Shown in pieces: positions 29,582-38,416 of a stretch of 64,000 nucleotides of DNA (position 1 is its first letter; every line of letters starts with the position of its first letter). The position numbers and the translations under genes are program-made. The notes under the pieces were generated by a model, which was not told the DNA's origin, ran no database searches, and saw only the letters and a program-made list of their open reading frames with translations. The DNA comes from Meiothermus sp. (GTDB lineage Bacteria > Deinococcota > Deinococci > Deinococcales > Thermaceae): the NCBI GenBank assembly GCA_040290005.1, contig PSMF01000002.1, forward strand, positions 12,542 through 76,541. Reading direction: 5' to 3'.

Positions 29582-29881
29582 TTATCCCGTCAGTTCCTCA
29601 CCCAGTCTTTCGGCCAGGCGGCGCACCCGTTCTTCCCTCGAGGTGCGCGCATAGCTATAGCCCAGCATGTAGGAGCGCTCGGCTTCTTTAGTCTTCCCTT
29701 CCTTGCGCTGGACCTGGGAGAGCCGTAGGTAGGCCAGGGCCATCATCCCATCGCGCTCCCTGCCGGGTGGGACAGCCTCGAGCAAGGCTACCGCCTCCTG
29801 GAAACCCCGCCCCGCCTGTTCGGGGGGTTGTTCCCTGGCATCACGGATGAGGAGCGCGGCTTGGTCGAGCAGACGTTGCAT
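29582..29881 (-). CDS. small hypothetical protein (helical, TPR-like)
   Basis: 99-aa ORF abutting the DUF420 gene. GC-rich third codon positions. Confidence 0.5.
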   Translation of the reverse strand: MQRLLDQAALLIRDAREQPPEQAGRGFQEAVALLEAVPPGRERDGMMALAYLRLSQVQRKEGKTKEAERSYMLGYSYARTSREERVRRLAERLGEELTG

Positions 29882-29893
29882 GGGGATGAGTAT

Positions 29894-30020
29894 AGCAATG
29901 AGCGACTAGCGATGAGCCACGAGCCTAAAAGCAGAGCGCTGAGAGCTGAGGGCACAGAGCCGAGGGCCTTTGACTTTGCTGCCCTCTGCCCCTTTAGCTC
30001 ATTGCTCACCGCTCACCGCT
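29894..30020. repeat. nested heptad-periodic inverted repeat
   Basis: 'agcaatgagcgactagcgatgagccacgagcctaaaagc' pairs with 'cctttagctcattgctcaccgctcaccgct'. The inner arm 'agagcgc tgagagc tgagggc acagagc cgagggc' pairs with 'gctgccctctgcccc'. Confidence 0.85.
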
Positions 30021-30037
30021 AAAGTTATCCTTTCCCC

Positions 30038-30367
30038 ATGACCCCCCTCGAGGCTTTCGAACTCCTAGACCTGCGCGTCGGGCGCATTACTAAAGCTAAG
30101 CCGAACGAGAAGGCCAGAAAGCCCTCTTACAAGCTGTGGGTGGATTTGGGTGAGCTGGGGACCAAACAGAGCAGCGCCCAACTCACCGAGTTGTATACCC
30201 CCGAAGCCCTAGTGGGGCGGCAGGTGATCTGCGCGGTGAACCTGGGCGAGCGCAACATCGCTGGGTTTGTCTCCCAAGTGCTGGTGCTGGGGCTACCGGA
30301 CGCGGAAGGCCGAGTGGTGCTGCTCGCCGCCGAACGCGAGGTTCCGCTCGGAGGGCGGGTGTATTAG
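30038..30367 (+). CDS. tRNA-binding domain protein (CsaA/EMAP-like)
   Basis: 'LDLRVGRITKAKPNEKARKPSYKLWVDLGELGTKQSSAQL' OB-fold pattern. Confidence 0.85.
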   Translation: MTPLEAFELLDLRVGRITKAKPNEKARKPSYKLWVDLGELGTKQSSAQLTELYTPEALVGRQVICAVNLGERNIAGFVSQVLVLGLPDAEGRVVLLAAEREVPLGGRVY

Positions 30368-30412
30368 CACGCAGATTTCTATTTCGTACCTAGCGACAGG
30401 GGTTGGACGCAC

Positions 30413-30440
30413 GGAGGGGCGCAGGGCCCTGCGCCCCTAC
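30413..30440. repeat. REP-like palindrome
   Basis: 'ggaggggcgc agggccct gcgcccctac'. Confidence 0.8.
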
Positions 30441-30463
30441 ATACGCCATCAATGGACATCGGT

Positions 30464-30811
30464 TCAGGCCGGGCTCTTGGCCTTACCACCATCCATCGGG
30501 CGGACCACCTCGCTCATCACCGCGTAGTGAACCCGGTGGGCGGGCACTAAAAACACATTTCCGCTGTTCATCTCCACCCGAATGGGCTGGTTCCCTTCGA
30601 GCTGCACCCCTAGATTCATCAGCGCCTCTTCGGCTTGGCCTTTATCGTCGTACACCCCGTAGACCAGCCGGGTCGAAGCCGGAGGCTCGGTCACGCCGGT
30701 CTTGGCGCCCGGCAGTTGGGGGCGGCGTTTATCCAGCATCTCCCGTGCTTCTTCCTCGTCGGTTTGCGGGCCGGGGTTGACCAACCAGAGCATTACCGTG
30801 TACGCCATCAT
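30464..30811 (-). CDS. hypothetical protein
   Basis: 115-aa ORF with coding-like GC3. No recognisable motif. Confidence 0.5.
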   Translation of the reverse strand: MMAYTVMLWLVNPGPQTDEEEAREMLDKRRPQLPGAKTGVTEPPASTRLVYGVYDDKGQAEEALMNLGVQLEGNQPIRVEMNSGNVFLVPAHRVHYAVMSEVVRPMDGGKAKSPA

Positions 30812-30916
30812 CTGCCTCCAATGGGTTAAGGATTAAGTAGATAGCTGAGTCCGTGCCCAGCGCAGAGACATCTGCACCTACTCTACCGCGCTCCACAGTC
30901 ATACGCTCAAGCTGAG

Positions 30917-31366
30917 GTGGTTCATATGACAGTCAAGGAATATATGACCCCCAACCCGGTCACGGTCGCCCCCGAAACCTCGGTTCCCGAAGCCGCGGCG
31001 CTGATGAAAAAAGGCGGATTTCGCCGCCTGCCGGTGCTACAAGAGGGCGAGCTGGTGGGCATCGTCACCGACCGCGATCTCAAAGAGGCCATGCCCTCCG
31101 ATGCCAACGCGCTCTCGGTCTGGGAGATCAACTATCTGATCGCCCGGCTCAAAGTGGCCGAGATCATGACCGAGCATCCTGTGACCGTTGCGGATACTTT
31201 GCCGCTACAGGCCGCCGCGAAAACCATGCTCGAGGCCAAGGTGGGCGGCCTACCCGTCACCCACGAGGGGAAACTGGTAGGCGTCATCACCGTGACCGAC
31301 GTGCTGCGGGCCTTCCTGCACCGCGAGGCCGAGCTACTGGTGGGTGCCGAGGAAACTAAGGCCTAA
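30917..31366 (+). CDS. CBS-domain pair protein
   Basis: Two CBS repeats: 'VKEYMTPNPVTVAPETSVPEAAALMKKGGFRRLPVL..GELVGIVTDRDL' and 'VAEIMTEHPVTV...GGLPVTHEGKLVGVITVTDV'. Confidence 0.88.
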   Translation: MVHMTVKEYMTPNPVTVAPETSVPEAAALMKKGGFRRLPVLQEGELVGIVTDRDLKEAMPSDANALSVWEINYLIARLKVAEIMTEHPVTVADTLPLQAAAKTMLEAKVGGLPVTHEGKLVGVITVTDVLRAFLHREAELLVGAEETKA

Positions 31367-32972
31367 GCGCGTGGCTCACCTCCATGAGCTGCTCTGCCGT
31401 CCAGGTGTTGGCGACTTGCTCTGGTCTCAGGCCGCATTTATGGGCATACAGCAGGCCGTAGCCGATGTCGGCGAGGCCATTTACGCTGTGGCAGTCAGGG
31501 CCGAGCGAGAAGTTGAGCCGGTCACGCCACCGTAAAACCAACCGCCAGTCTAGGTCGAGACGGTAGGGGTTGCAGTTGAACTCGACGATTTTGCCATACC
31601 TCGAGGCGTGCTCGAGGATGCGCTCCCAGTCGGCATCCACGCCCCGTCGCCGCAGCAAAAGCCGTCCAGTGGGATGTCCGAGAATCGTCAGATAGGGGTT
31701 TTCTAAAACCCTCAAGAAACGGGCGGTCTGGTCGTCTCTGGAGAGGTTGAATCCCGAGTGCAGGCTGCCGATGATCATATCGAACCGCGCCAGAACCTCG
31801 TCGGGATAGTCCAGCGAGCCGTCGGTGAGAATGTCGGATTCGATGCCCTTGAGGATACGGAAGGGCTTTAGCTCGGCGTTTAGGGCGTCCACCTCGGCCC
31901 ACTGGCGCTCTAAGTCCTCAGCGGTCAACCCCCCCGCGTAGGCCGCTGTCTGGGAATGGTCGGAAAGCACCATGTACTCGTACCCGGCGGCAATCGCGGC
32001 CTCGGCCATCTCGCGGATTGTGCCGGTGGCATCGGAATAAGTGGTGTGAATATGAATCAGGCCGCGCAGTTGCTCGGGGCGCAGGCCATCGTCGGGGGCG
32101 GGTAAACCGATGTGCTCCGGTTCGCGCCAGTGCGGGGGAACATAGGCTGCGTTGGCAGCGGCGAAAACGGCTTCTTCGGTGGGTTGGGCGGATAGCTCAT
32201 AGCCCTTAGCCGATAGCCACTCCCCAGAGCCCGTCGCCTGAAACAGCACTGTCCCGAAGTTCTCCGGCGTGGCACAGAAAATCCGGAGTGACAAACCTTC
32301 CACCTGGCCCTGAACGCGGTCAAGCAGGGTTTTTTCGGCGTGTTCCCCAATCGCCACCGCGACCTGCTCGGGGCTACCCACCGCCACCAAGTCCAAGTTC
32401 CCCACCGTTTCCAATCCGCGCCGCACGCTCCCGGCAAGTTCGGCTTGGATTCCGGCGTTTGCTAAATCCTTGAGCAGCAACCTCCCCGCTGCGATTCCTA
32501 CAGGTAAAAGTACGCGCCGCAGGTTGGCAAGGGCAAAACGGGCAGCCTCTAAAATCCCTGCCTCGCTCTTGGCTCCAAAGCCGGGCAGAGCACGGATTTT
32601 GCCCTCCTCGGCGTGGCGAATGACCTCTTCTAGGCTGTCCATCCCGTTATCCCACAGGGCCCGGATACGCTTGGGGCCGAGCCCCTGCACCCGGAACAGC
32701 TCGAGCACCCCCGGCGGGATTTGGGACTCGAGCTCACCCAGATAGGGAAACTCGCCGGTCTGCACGATCTCAGTCAAAACAGGGGCCAAGGACGGCCCAA
32801 CTCCGAACACACCGCGGAAGCCGTTTGCGGCCAGTTCATCTAAGTCCCGCTCGAGCTTCTCAATATTGCGGGCGGCTTTGCGGTACGCCCCGACGCGGAA
32901 ATCGCCCTCACCGAGGACTTCCATCAGGTCGGCGGCGTATTCGAGCATTCCCGCGAGTTCTTTGCGGTTCAT
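31356..32972 (-). CDS. polX: family X DNA polymerase-like protein with PHP domain (polymerase catalytic Asp residues substituted)
   Basis: N-terminal HhH/8-kDa-like region 'FRVGAYRKAARNIE', 'GSVRRGLETVGNLDLV', and C-terminal PHP motifs 'IHIHTTYSD', 'SDHS', 'GSLH', 'LGHPTGR'. Confidence 0.85.
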   Translation of the reverse strand: MNRKELAGMLEYAADLMEVLGEGDFRVGAYRKAARNIEKLERDLDELAANGFRGVFGVGPSLAPVLTEIVQTGEFPYLGELESQIPPGVLELFRVQGLGPKRIRALWDNGMDSLEEVIRHAEEGKIRALPGFGAKSEAGILEAARFALANLRRVLLPVGIAAGRLLLKDLANAGIQAELAGSVRRGLETVGNLDLVAVGSPEQVAVAIGEHAEKTLLDRVQGQVEGLSLRIFCATPENFGTVLFQATGSGEWLSAKGYELSAQPTEEAVFAAANAAYVPPHWREPEHIGLPAPDDGLRPEQLRGLIHIHTTYSDATGTIREMAEAAIAAGYEYMVLSDHSQTAAYAGGLTAEDLERQWAEVDALNAELKPFRILKGIESDILTDGSLDYPDEVLARFDMIIGSLHSGFNLSRDDQTARFLRVLENPYLTILGHPTGRLLLRRRGVDADWERILEHASRYGKIVEFNCNPYRLDLDWRLVLRWRDRLNFSLGPDCHSVNGLADIGYGLLYAHKCGLRPEQVANTWTAEQLMEVSHALRP

Positions 32973-32979
32973 AAGGACA

Positions 32980-33009
32980 GCCTAAAGCTAAAGGCCAAAA
33001 GCCGAAGGC
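32980..33009. repeat. single heptad-word arm (word GCCAAAA)
   Basis: 'gcctaaa gctaaag gccaaaa gccgaag gc' lies between polX and the PHP phosphatase gene. Confidence 0.6.
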
Positions 33010-33016
33010 GGGGAGT

Positions 33017-33805
33017 TCACAGTGAATATCGTTCGGCGCGTCCTTCGCGAAATACCCTCGCCTCGGCGTATCCCACGGATTTCAGCACGCTTGCTGCCTC
33101 CTGGAACCGGTAGCCGACCTCTTCAGGTTTGTGGGCATCGGAGCCCAGAACGACAGGAATCTCAAGCTCAAAAGCTCGAGCCAACACCGCTTTCGACGGG
33201 TAAATCTCCCCGACCTTCTTCCGCCAGCCCGCGGTGTTCACGTCGAGCGAGAGCCCTTCGCCCGCAATGACCTGCAAAGCTTCTTCGGCCAAATCCAGAT
33301 AGCCTTCTGCCGGTACGTGGCCGAACTTCTTGGGCAAATCGAGATGGCCGATGCTGTGGAAAAGCCCAGTTCTCGCAGCTTGGGTGACAAGTTTGAAATA
33401 CTCAGCGTAGACCTCGCGCAAATCGCGCTCCTCGAACTCGGCGGCGAACTCCGGGTTGTCGAAGGGCCAAGCCCCGATGTAGTGCACCGAGCCGATGATG
33501 TAGTCGTAGGGATAGGCGGAAACCAGCTTGTGGACGAAGGATTCCGCGCCGGGGTGAAAGTCGGCCTCGAGGCCTATCCCGACGTAAAAATCTCCGGCTT
33601 GGGCGCGGGTTTTCTCTAGCATCGCGTGATAGAAAGGCAATTCCTCTAAACTCATCCGCACGTCGGCGTCAAACCAGGGCGGCATGGGGCTATGGTCGGT
33701 CATCACGATGCCCTTCAGACCGGCTTTCTTGGCGGCTTGGACGTACTCGGCGGGCGTTCCGGCGGCGTGACGGCACAGCGGGGTATGCATGTGGGAGTCG
33801 TACAT
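33017..33805 (-). CDS. histidinol-phosphatase, PHP (HisJ/HisK) family
   Basis: 'MYDSHMHTPLCRHAAGTPAEYV' plus later His/Asp PHP motifs. Confidence 0.85.
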   Translation of the reverse strand: MYDSHMHTPLCRHAAGTPAEYVQAAKKAGLKGIVMTDHSPMPPWFDADVRMSLEELPFYHAMLEKTRAQAGDFYVGIGLEADFHPGAESFVHKLVSAYPYDYIIGSVHYIGAWPFDNPEFAAEFEERDLREVYAEYFKLVTQAARTGLFHSIGHLDLPKKFGHVPAEGYLDLAEEALQVIAGEGLSLDVNTAGWRKKVGEIYPSKAVLARAFELEIPVVLGSDAHKPEEVGYRFQEAASVLKSVGYAEARVFREGRAERYSL

Positions 33806-33814
33806 AGTCGCCTC

Positions 33815-33912
33815 ACGCTAAACGCAAAACGCAAGGCGCTCAAGCCCGATTTGATACCTCACATCTGGGACGAAGAAATCTCGCGTTAGGAAATCACGTC
33901 CTGAACGCGATG
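33815..33912. repeat. heptad words plus loop-motif hairpin
   Basis: 'ctaaacg caaaacg caaggcg', then 'cacatctgggacgaagaaatc tcgcgttag gaaatcacgtcctgaacgcg'. Confidence 0.7.
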
Positions 33913-33916
33913 ACGA

Positions 33917-34519
33917 TTACAACAGTTGCTGCTTCAAAGTCTCGGCCAGCCAGTTTTCGTACTCGTCGGGGGTCCAGCCGTATTCTCGGACCAGCTCGAG
34001 GTAGACCTCCGGCAGGGTCAGGGCGTTGTAAAGGGCCACAGCCCGCTTCGGGTCCAGGCCAGGGCGGAAGCTCGAGACCCAGCCTTCCAGGACATGACCA
34101 AGGTGGGTCCGGCGACCCGTGCGGGCGGCTTTCAGCTCGGCAGCCGCCTCCGGGTCTACGGCGGCAGCGCTGTTGTAGATCGCCATCATGGTCGCGCTCG
34201 CCTCCCACTGGCGGCGAGTGGCGTGGGCCGCTATTTCCACCCGGCGCTTAGAGTCAGGTTCCTTGGAGGCTTGCTGGAGGATGTCTTTGGCCTGCGAGAC
34301 CTGATGCCAGGCCTCACGGATGGCCTTGAGGATTCCGCGTTTGCTGCCGAAGACCGCGTAGACCGTGCTCACCGCCACCCCGGCCCGCTCGGCGATGGCT
34401 TCGATGGTGGCGACGCCATAACCCACGTCCAAAAACAGCTTCTCGGCGGCCTTAATAATGAGTTGCTGGGTGGCTTGGGCCTGCCGCTGGCGGTGGGTAA
34501 GTCGGGGCTTGACAGTCAT
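33917..34519 (-). CDS. TetR-family transcriptional regulator
   Basis: HTH 'ATIEAIAERAGVAVSTVYAVFGSKRGIL'. Confidence 0.9.
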   Translation of the reverse strand: MTVKPRLTHRQRQAQATQQLIIKAAEKLFLDVGYGVATIEAIAERAGVAVSTVYAVFGSKRGILKAIREAWHQVSQAKDILQQASKEPDSKRRVEIAAHATRRQWEASATMMAIYNSAAAVDPEAAAELKAARTGRRTHLGHVLEGWVSSFRPGLDPKRAVALYNALTLPEVYLELVREYGWTPDEYENWLAETLKQQLL

Positions 34520-34520
34520 A

Positions 34521-34555
34521 AGTTAAAGTATAACAACATTCGTTGTAGTTTAACT
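34521..34555. promoter_or_regulatory. 35-bp imperfect palindrome, probable TetR operator in the divergent promoter
   Basis: 'AGTTAAAgtataacaacattcgttgtagTTTAACT' lies in the 43-bp gap between the TetR gene and the ester-cyclase gene. Confidence 0.5.
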
Positions 34556-34562
34556 ACAATAA

Positions 34563-35018
34563 ATGGAGGTGGGATATATGTCGGCCGAACTCAACCTGAA
34601 GTTGACAATGGAAACCCTCGAGCGGGCCTTCAACCAGGGGGATGTCTCGGTCTTCGATGAGGTGATAGCTCCTAACGGCGTAGACCACCAGGAGGCTCCC
34701 GGAACCGACATGCTGCAACACCTCAAAGAAGTCGTCCCTATGATGCGCCGGGCCTTCCCCGACCTGCATTTCGAGGTGCACCACGCGCTCGCCGAGGGCG
34801 ATATCGTGGCCTTCCACTCCACCATGACCGGGACCCACCTGGGCGTCTTCGAGCAGGGGCCTTTCCGCAACCTGCCGCCCACCGGCAAGAAGATCAAGAT
34901 GCGCCACATGCACTTTCTGCGCTGGCAGGACGGCAAAAACACCGACCTCTGGCACCTGATGGACTCGCTCAGCCTGATGCGCCAGTTGGGCATGGTGGCT
35001 CAGGGTGCGCCGACTTGA
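34563..35018 (+). CDS. SnoaL-like ester cyclase family protein
   Basis: 'FNQGDVSVFDEVIAPNGVDH...GTHLGVF...PPTGKKIKMRHMHFLRWQDGKNTDLWHLMD'. Confidence 0.8.
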   Translation: MEVGYMSAELNLKLTMETLERAFNQGDVSVFDEVIAPNGVDHQEAPGTDMLQHLKEVVPMMRRAFPDLHFEVHHALAEGDIVAFHSTMTGTHLGVFEQGPFRNLPPTGKKIKMRHMHFLRWQDGKNTDLWHLMDSLSLMRQLGMVAQGAPT

Positions 35019-35075
35019 ACGGCGATGGAGGTTATCCGCCCGCACCCTTCAGCACTTGTATAAAGGAGCCACATT

Positions 35076-35500
35076 ATGTCAGAAGCGCAAAACCAAGCGG
35101 TCTTTCGCCGGCTAATTGAGGAAGGCTTCAACAAAGGCAACCTCGAGGCTCTGGATGATATCTTTCCCCCGACCTTCACCGAGCATCAGTTCGATTTACA
35201 CCCCACGCTCGAGGGGTTCAAGCGGTCCATCAGCTATCTTCGCCGTAATTTCGCCCCGTTCAGCCTCACCATCGAGGACATAGTTGCCGACGGGGATAAG
35301 GTCTGGGTGCGGATGATCGGGCGCGGCACCGACAACACCCAAGGGCTGATGGGAAACCCCCCCACGGGTAAATCCTTCGAGATCACCGTATTGGACATAT
35401 GCCGCTTCGAGAACGGGAAAATCGTCGAACACTGGGGGTTCCCGACCGCTTTCACCAACTGGCGCAACTCGGTCTTCTCCCCAAACCCCAGCCAACTTAG
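35076..35500 (+). pseudogene. second SnoaL-like ester cyclase, frameshifted in a G5 run (or a sequencing error)
   Basis: Frame 0 reads ...KIVEHWG, then nonsense. Shifting -1 at GGGGG (35434-35438) gives 'VPDRFHQLAQLGLLPKPQPT*' ending at 35500. This parallels the paralog C-terminus '...SLMRQLGMVAQGAPT*'. Confidence 0.7.
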
Positions 35501-35516
35501 CACCGATGATGCGGGG

Positions 35517-36122
35517 TTACGCCACCCGCACCACTCGCCCGCCGCTCGCCCAGACCCGCACCTCTTCGCCGAGAACCTGGAAAGCCCGTTCGGAAAGGAC
35601 TTCGTCGGGTTCCAGCTCCGCCCCCACCGCTTGAATCAGGCTCGAGACTTCAGGCGGAGCCAGCTCGGGAGCACGGTCTAGCACAGCGTCTACCTGCCAA
35701 CGGCTGGCCCACAACCGCTTCAAGGCCCACAACGCTTCTTGTTTGCTGGGCTCGAGGCTGAATGGAGCCTCACCCGCGTAGCGCACCAGCAACCTCCCAC
35801 CCGGGAGCGCCACCTTCACCTCGTCGGACCGCTCGGGGAGCATGTACGATTCGCGCAATAGGCGCTCGGCCTGGGCGCTGGCGGCCTCGAGCTTTTCCTC
35901 GTCCAGCCGTGCCCCGAACACGCCCGAGAAGGTGTGCCGGAGCTGCTCGGCGAGGTTTCCCAGTTGGTAGAACTCGGTTTCCAGACCGGATAAAACGATG
36001 GTGTCTACCACATCAATTCCAGCGGCTTTCAACTGTTGTAACTGACCAACTTCGCCCACGGCAGGGGCTTTCTCGAGCGGAAAAATCACGTTTCCCAGTC
36101 TAGCCGCAAACAATATAATCAC
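35517..36122 (-). CDS. hypothetical protein (weak resemblance to a PEP-utilising-enzyme N-terminal domain)
   Basis: 201-aa ORF. 'ALKRLWASRWQVDAVL' resembles the PPDK_N motif. Otherwise unassigned. Confidence 0.5.
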   Translation of the reverse strand: MIILFAARLGNVIFPLEKAPAVGEVGQLQQLKAAGIDVVDTIVLSGLETEFYQLGNLAEQLRHTFSGVFGARLDEEKLEAASAQAERLLRESYMLPERSDEVKVALPGGRLLVRYAGEAPFSLEPSKQEALWALKRLWASRWQVDAVLDRAPELAPPEVSSLIQAVGAELEPDEVLSERAFQVLGEEVRVWASGGRVVRVA

Positions 36123-36128
36123 AACCCT

Positions 36129-36821
36129 ATGCGAGCTTGGGACAAGACCTATCCGAGCAAGGCTCAGCTTCGGCTCGAGACTGCGGCGATGCGGCAGAGT
36201 ATCCTCCAGACCCTCCTGGAATTCGTGAAGGCCGACAACCTTGAAGGTGTGTATGCCAAAGGTTCCTCGCTCAAACCCTGGGATAGCCCGCTGGACTACG
36301 TGCCCGAGCTCTCCGACGTGGATGTGCAGGTGCTGCTCAAGGATGATTCTCCGCTCCAGGACCCGCCCAACGCCTTAGCGTTTGCAGACCGGATGGAACG
36401 ACGATTCCACCGGCAGATCGCCAAGCCTTTGCATCTGCCCCGCCCGCAGATTCAGCTTTTGAGCTCGCGTGTGGAGAGCTACGGCCCCAAGTCTCGGCGT
36501 TCAGACCCTCCACGGGCTGCCCTACGAGGCGCTTGCGCCGCGTTTCGGTAGACCCAACGGTCCAGAGAGTGACCGCGAGATACTTGTTAAGCCAGAAAAC
36601 TTGCCCACCGGACTATCCGAATCAGTTTTAGACCGGCACCGGGCGGTATCTGTTCGATGCGCTGCGTCAACCATCCTGAGCTAGCCGAAAACTACGCGAG
36701 CTTTTACCTAAACGCCTGGAACTTCTACCGCTCGGGCTACCACGACACCGATGCCGCCCGAAAAGCGGTGCTGAGCGGGGTGCAGGTGCTCGAGCTGGGC
36801 CTGGAAATCGGAAACCAATAA
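36129..36821 (+). pseudogene. nucleotidyltransferase-domain gene broken by several frameshifts
   Basis: Frame 0 carries 'KGSSLKPWDSPLDYVPELSDVDVQV' (GS...DxD) and stops at 36551. Coding-like segments continue in frames 1 and 2, then return to frame 0 ('NHPELAENYASFYLNAWNFYRSGYHDTDAARKAVLSGVQVLELGLEIGNQ*'). Confidence 0.55.
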
Positions 36822-37065
36822 AAAGACGCTGTCGGGGAGGCTCGGCAGCGTCGGTGGGTAGAAGTCGGGCTGGAAATGGAATCGGTGGTATCAGTGCACC
36901 CAACTTCTACAGCTCTCACTTTAGAACAGTTTTGAGTAGGGTTTGGGTTATTTGACCAAGGCCCTTTCGGTATGCGAGAGGGGTGAGAAACTCCTTCCCT
37001 CGCCGCACAGATCAAAGCTTCCAGCGGTTGCTTTGGGTTTCACCCTCGAGCGCTAAACTGGGCAT

Positions 37066-37656
37066 ATGATTGAGACCCCCGAAATCCCCCGCCAGGCCGA
37101 GGTAGCACTCCCCGCCAAAGAGACCGCACTCATCGTGGTGGACATGCAAAACGACTTTGTGGAACCGGAGGGCACCCTGTTCGTGCCGGATGCCGAGGCC
37201 ACCGTGCCCCACATCCGGCGGCTTCTAGAGAAAGCTAGGGGCGCAGGGGTGAAGGTGGTGTACACCCAAGACTGGCACCCCGAGGGCGACCCCGAGTTCA
37301 ACATCTGGCCCCGGCACGTGGTCCAAGGCACTTGGGGGGCCCAAATCATTGACGAGCTAAAGCCGCGACCTGAGGACACTGTGCTGCAAAAAGCTCGCTA
37401 TGACGGGTTTTACGGGACCCAACTCGAGCACCTCCTGCATTTGTGGGGCATTAAGAGCGTGGTGATCGTGGGAACGGTCGCCAACATCTGCGTGCTACAC
37501 ACCGCCGGGAGCGCCGCGCTGCGCTGGTACAACGTGGTGCTGCCCGAAGACGGGACCTCGGCCCTGACGCCGTTTGACAAAGAGAGTGCCTTGCGACAGG
37601 TGACGTTTTTGTATTTGGGCAAGGTGACGACCTGCGACGGGGTGAAGTTTGAATAA
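37066..37656 (+). CDS. isochorismatase-family cysteine hydrolase (nicotinamidase-like)
   Basis: 'ALIVVDMQNDFVEPEGTLFVPDAEA', 'YTQDWHP', 'VGTVANICVLHTA' (Asp-Lys-Cys triad context). Confidence 0.85.
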   Translation: MIETPEIPRQAEVALPAKETALIVVDMQNDFVEPEGTLFVPDAEATVPHIRRLLEKARGAGVKVVYTQDWHPEGDPEFNIWPRHVVQGTWGAQIIDELKPRPEDTVLQKARYDGFYGTQLEHLLHLWGIKSVVIVGTVANICVLHTAGSAALRWYNVVLPEDGTSALTPFDKESALRQVTFLYLGKVTTCDGVKFE

Positions 37657-37789
37657 CGTCAAACGTCGAACATCGAAGGTCAAACGCCCAAAAAAGGCGG
37701 AAAGCCGGAAGCCAGAAGCTAAACGCGCAGAACAGACCCCTGTAGGGACGACGGGCCCAGTATCAAACGTCAGGGCCGAAACTCAAACC
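37655..37789. repeat. run of heptad words plus a half REP-like site
   Basis: 'aacgtca aacgtcg aacatcg aaggtca aacgccc', then 'ggaaagc cggaagc cagaagc taaacgc', then 'gtagggacgacgggccc'. Confidence 0.7.
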
Positions 37790-37828
37790 GGCGGCGCGGT
37801 TTTCGGAGGTCGTCCCCAGCGCAAAATC

Positions 37829-38413
37829 GTGCAGACCTCAGGCAACGGCGTAGCCTTCGCGGACCCGCACATGCAAGCCCTGCTCGATCTGCACGGCCCC
37901 GCGCCGTTTTATCCGAACCCGGTGAAGATCGAGCCGCCGTACCGCACGCTGGTGAGTTCCATCATCGGGCAGCAGCTTTCCGGCAAGGCCGCCGAGACCA
38001 TTTGGAAGAGGCTCGAGGCCCGTTTTCCCATCCAGCCCGAGATACTTTTGGCCGCCGACCCCCAGGAACTCCGGGCTCTGGGGCTATCCCATGCCAAGGC
38101 GGCTTACGTCCGAGACCTGTCACGGTTCGCCCTCGAGGGTGGCCTCGAGAACGTCGAACACCTGCCCGACGAGGAAATTATCGCGCGGCTGGTTGCGGTG
38201 AAGGGCCTTGGGGTGTGGTCGGTGCAGATGTATCTGATGTTCGGTCTGGGCAGGCCAGACGTGTGGCCGGCGCTGGATTTGGGGATTCGCAGGGGGGCCG
38301 AAAAGCTCTACGGGCCGATGGATAAAAAGGGGCTCGAGGCCCTCGGGGAGCGGTTCCGGCCCCACCGCAGCCATGCCGCCTGGTATTTGTGGCGGGCCAC
38401 CGAAAACAAATAA
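37829..38413 (+). CDS. HhH-GPD DNA glycosylase (3-methyladenine glycosylase II-like)
   Basis: 'LVSSIIGQQLSGKAAETIWKRL', 'VKGLGVWSVQMYLMF'. The start is uncertain (GTG 37829 or ATG 37871). The ORF's 5' 180 nt (37649-37828) is repeat-derived. Confidence 0.8.
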   Translation: MQTSGNGVAFADPHMQALLDLHGPAPFYPNPVKIEPPYRTLVSSIIGQQLSGKAAETIWKRLEARFPIQPEILLAADPQELRALGLSHAKAAYVRDLSRFALEGGLENVEHLPDEEIIARLVAVKGLGVWSVQMYLMFGLGRPDVWPALDLGIRRGAEKLYGPMDKKGLEALGERFRPHRSHAAWYLWRATENK

Positions 38414-38416
38414 CCC

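Noticed and set aside
37649-37828. N-terminal 60 codons of the glycosylase ORF. Similar 5' extensions occur at 14969-15088, 15894-16010, 20196-20240, 22670-22714, 18728-18763, 28260-28337 and 39545-39700
   Set aside because: The first five run through intergenic repeat words (Lys/Arg/Ser-rich nonsense). For the other three, a better internal start with an SD, a signal peptide or a family-typical N-terminus exists.
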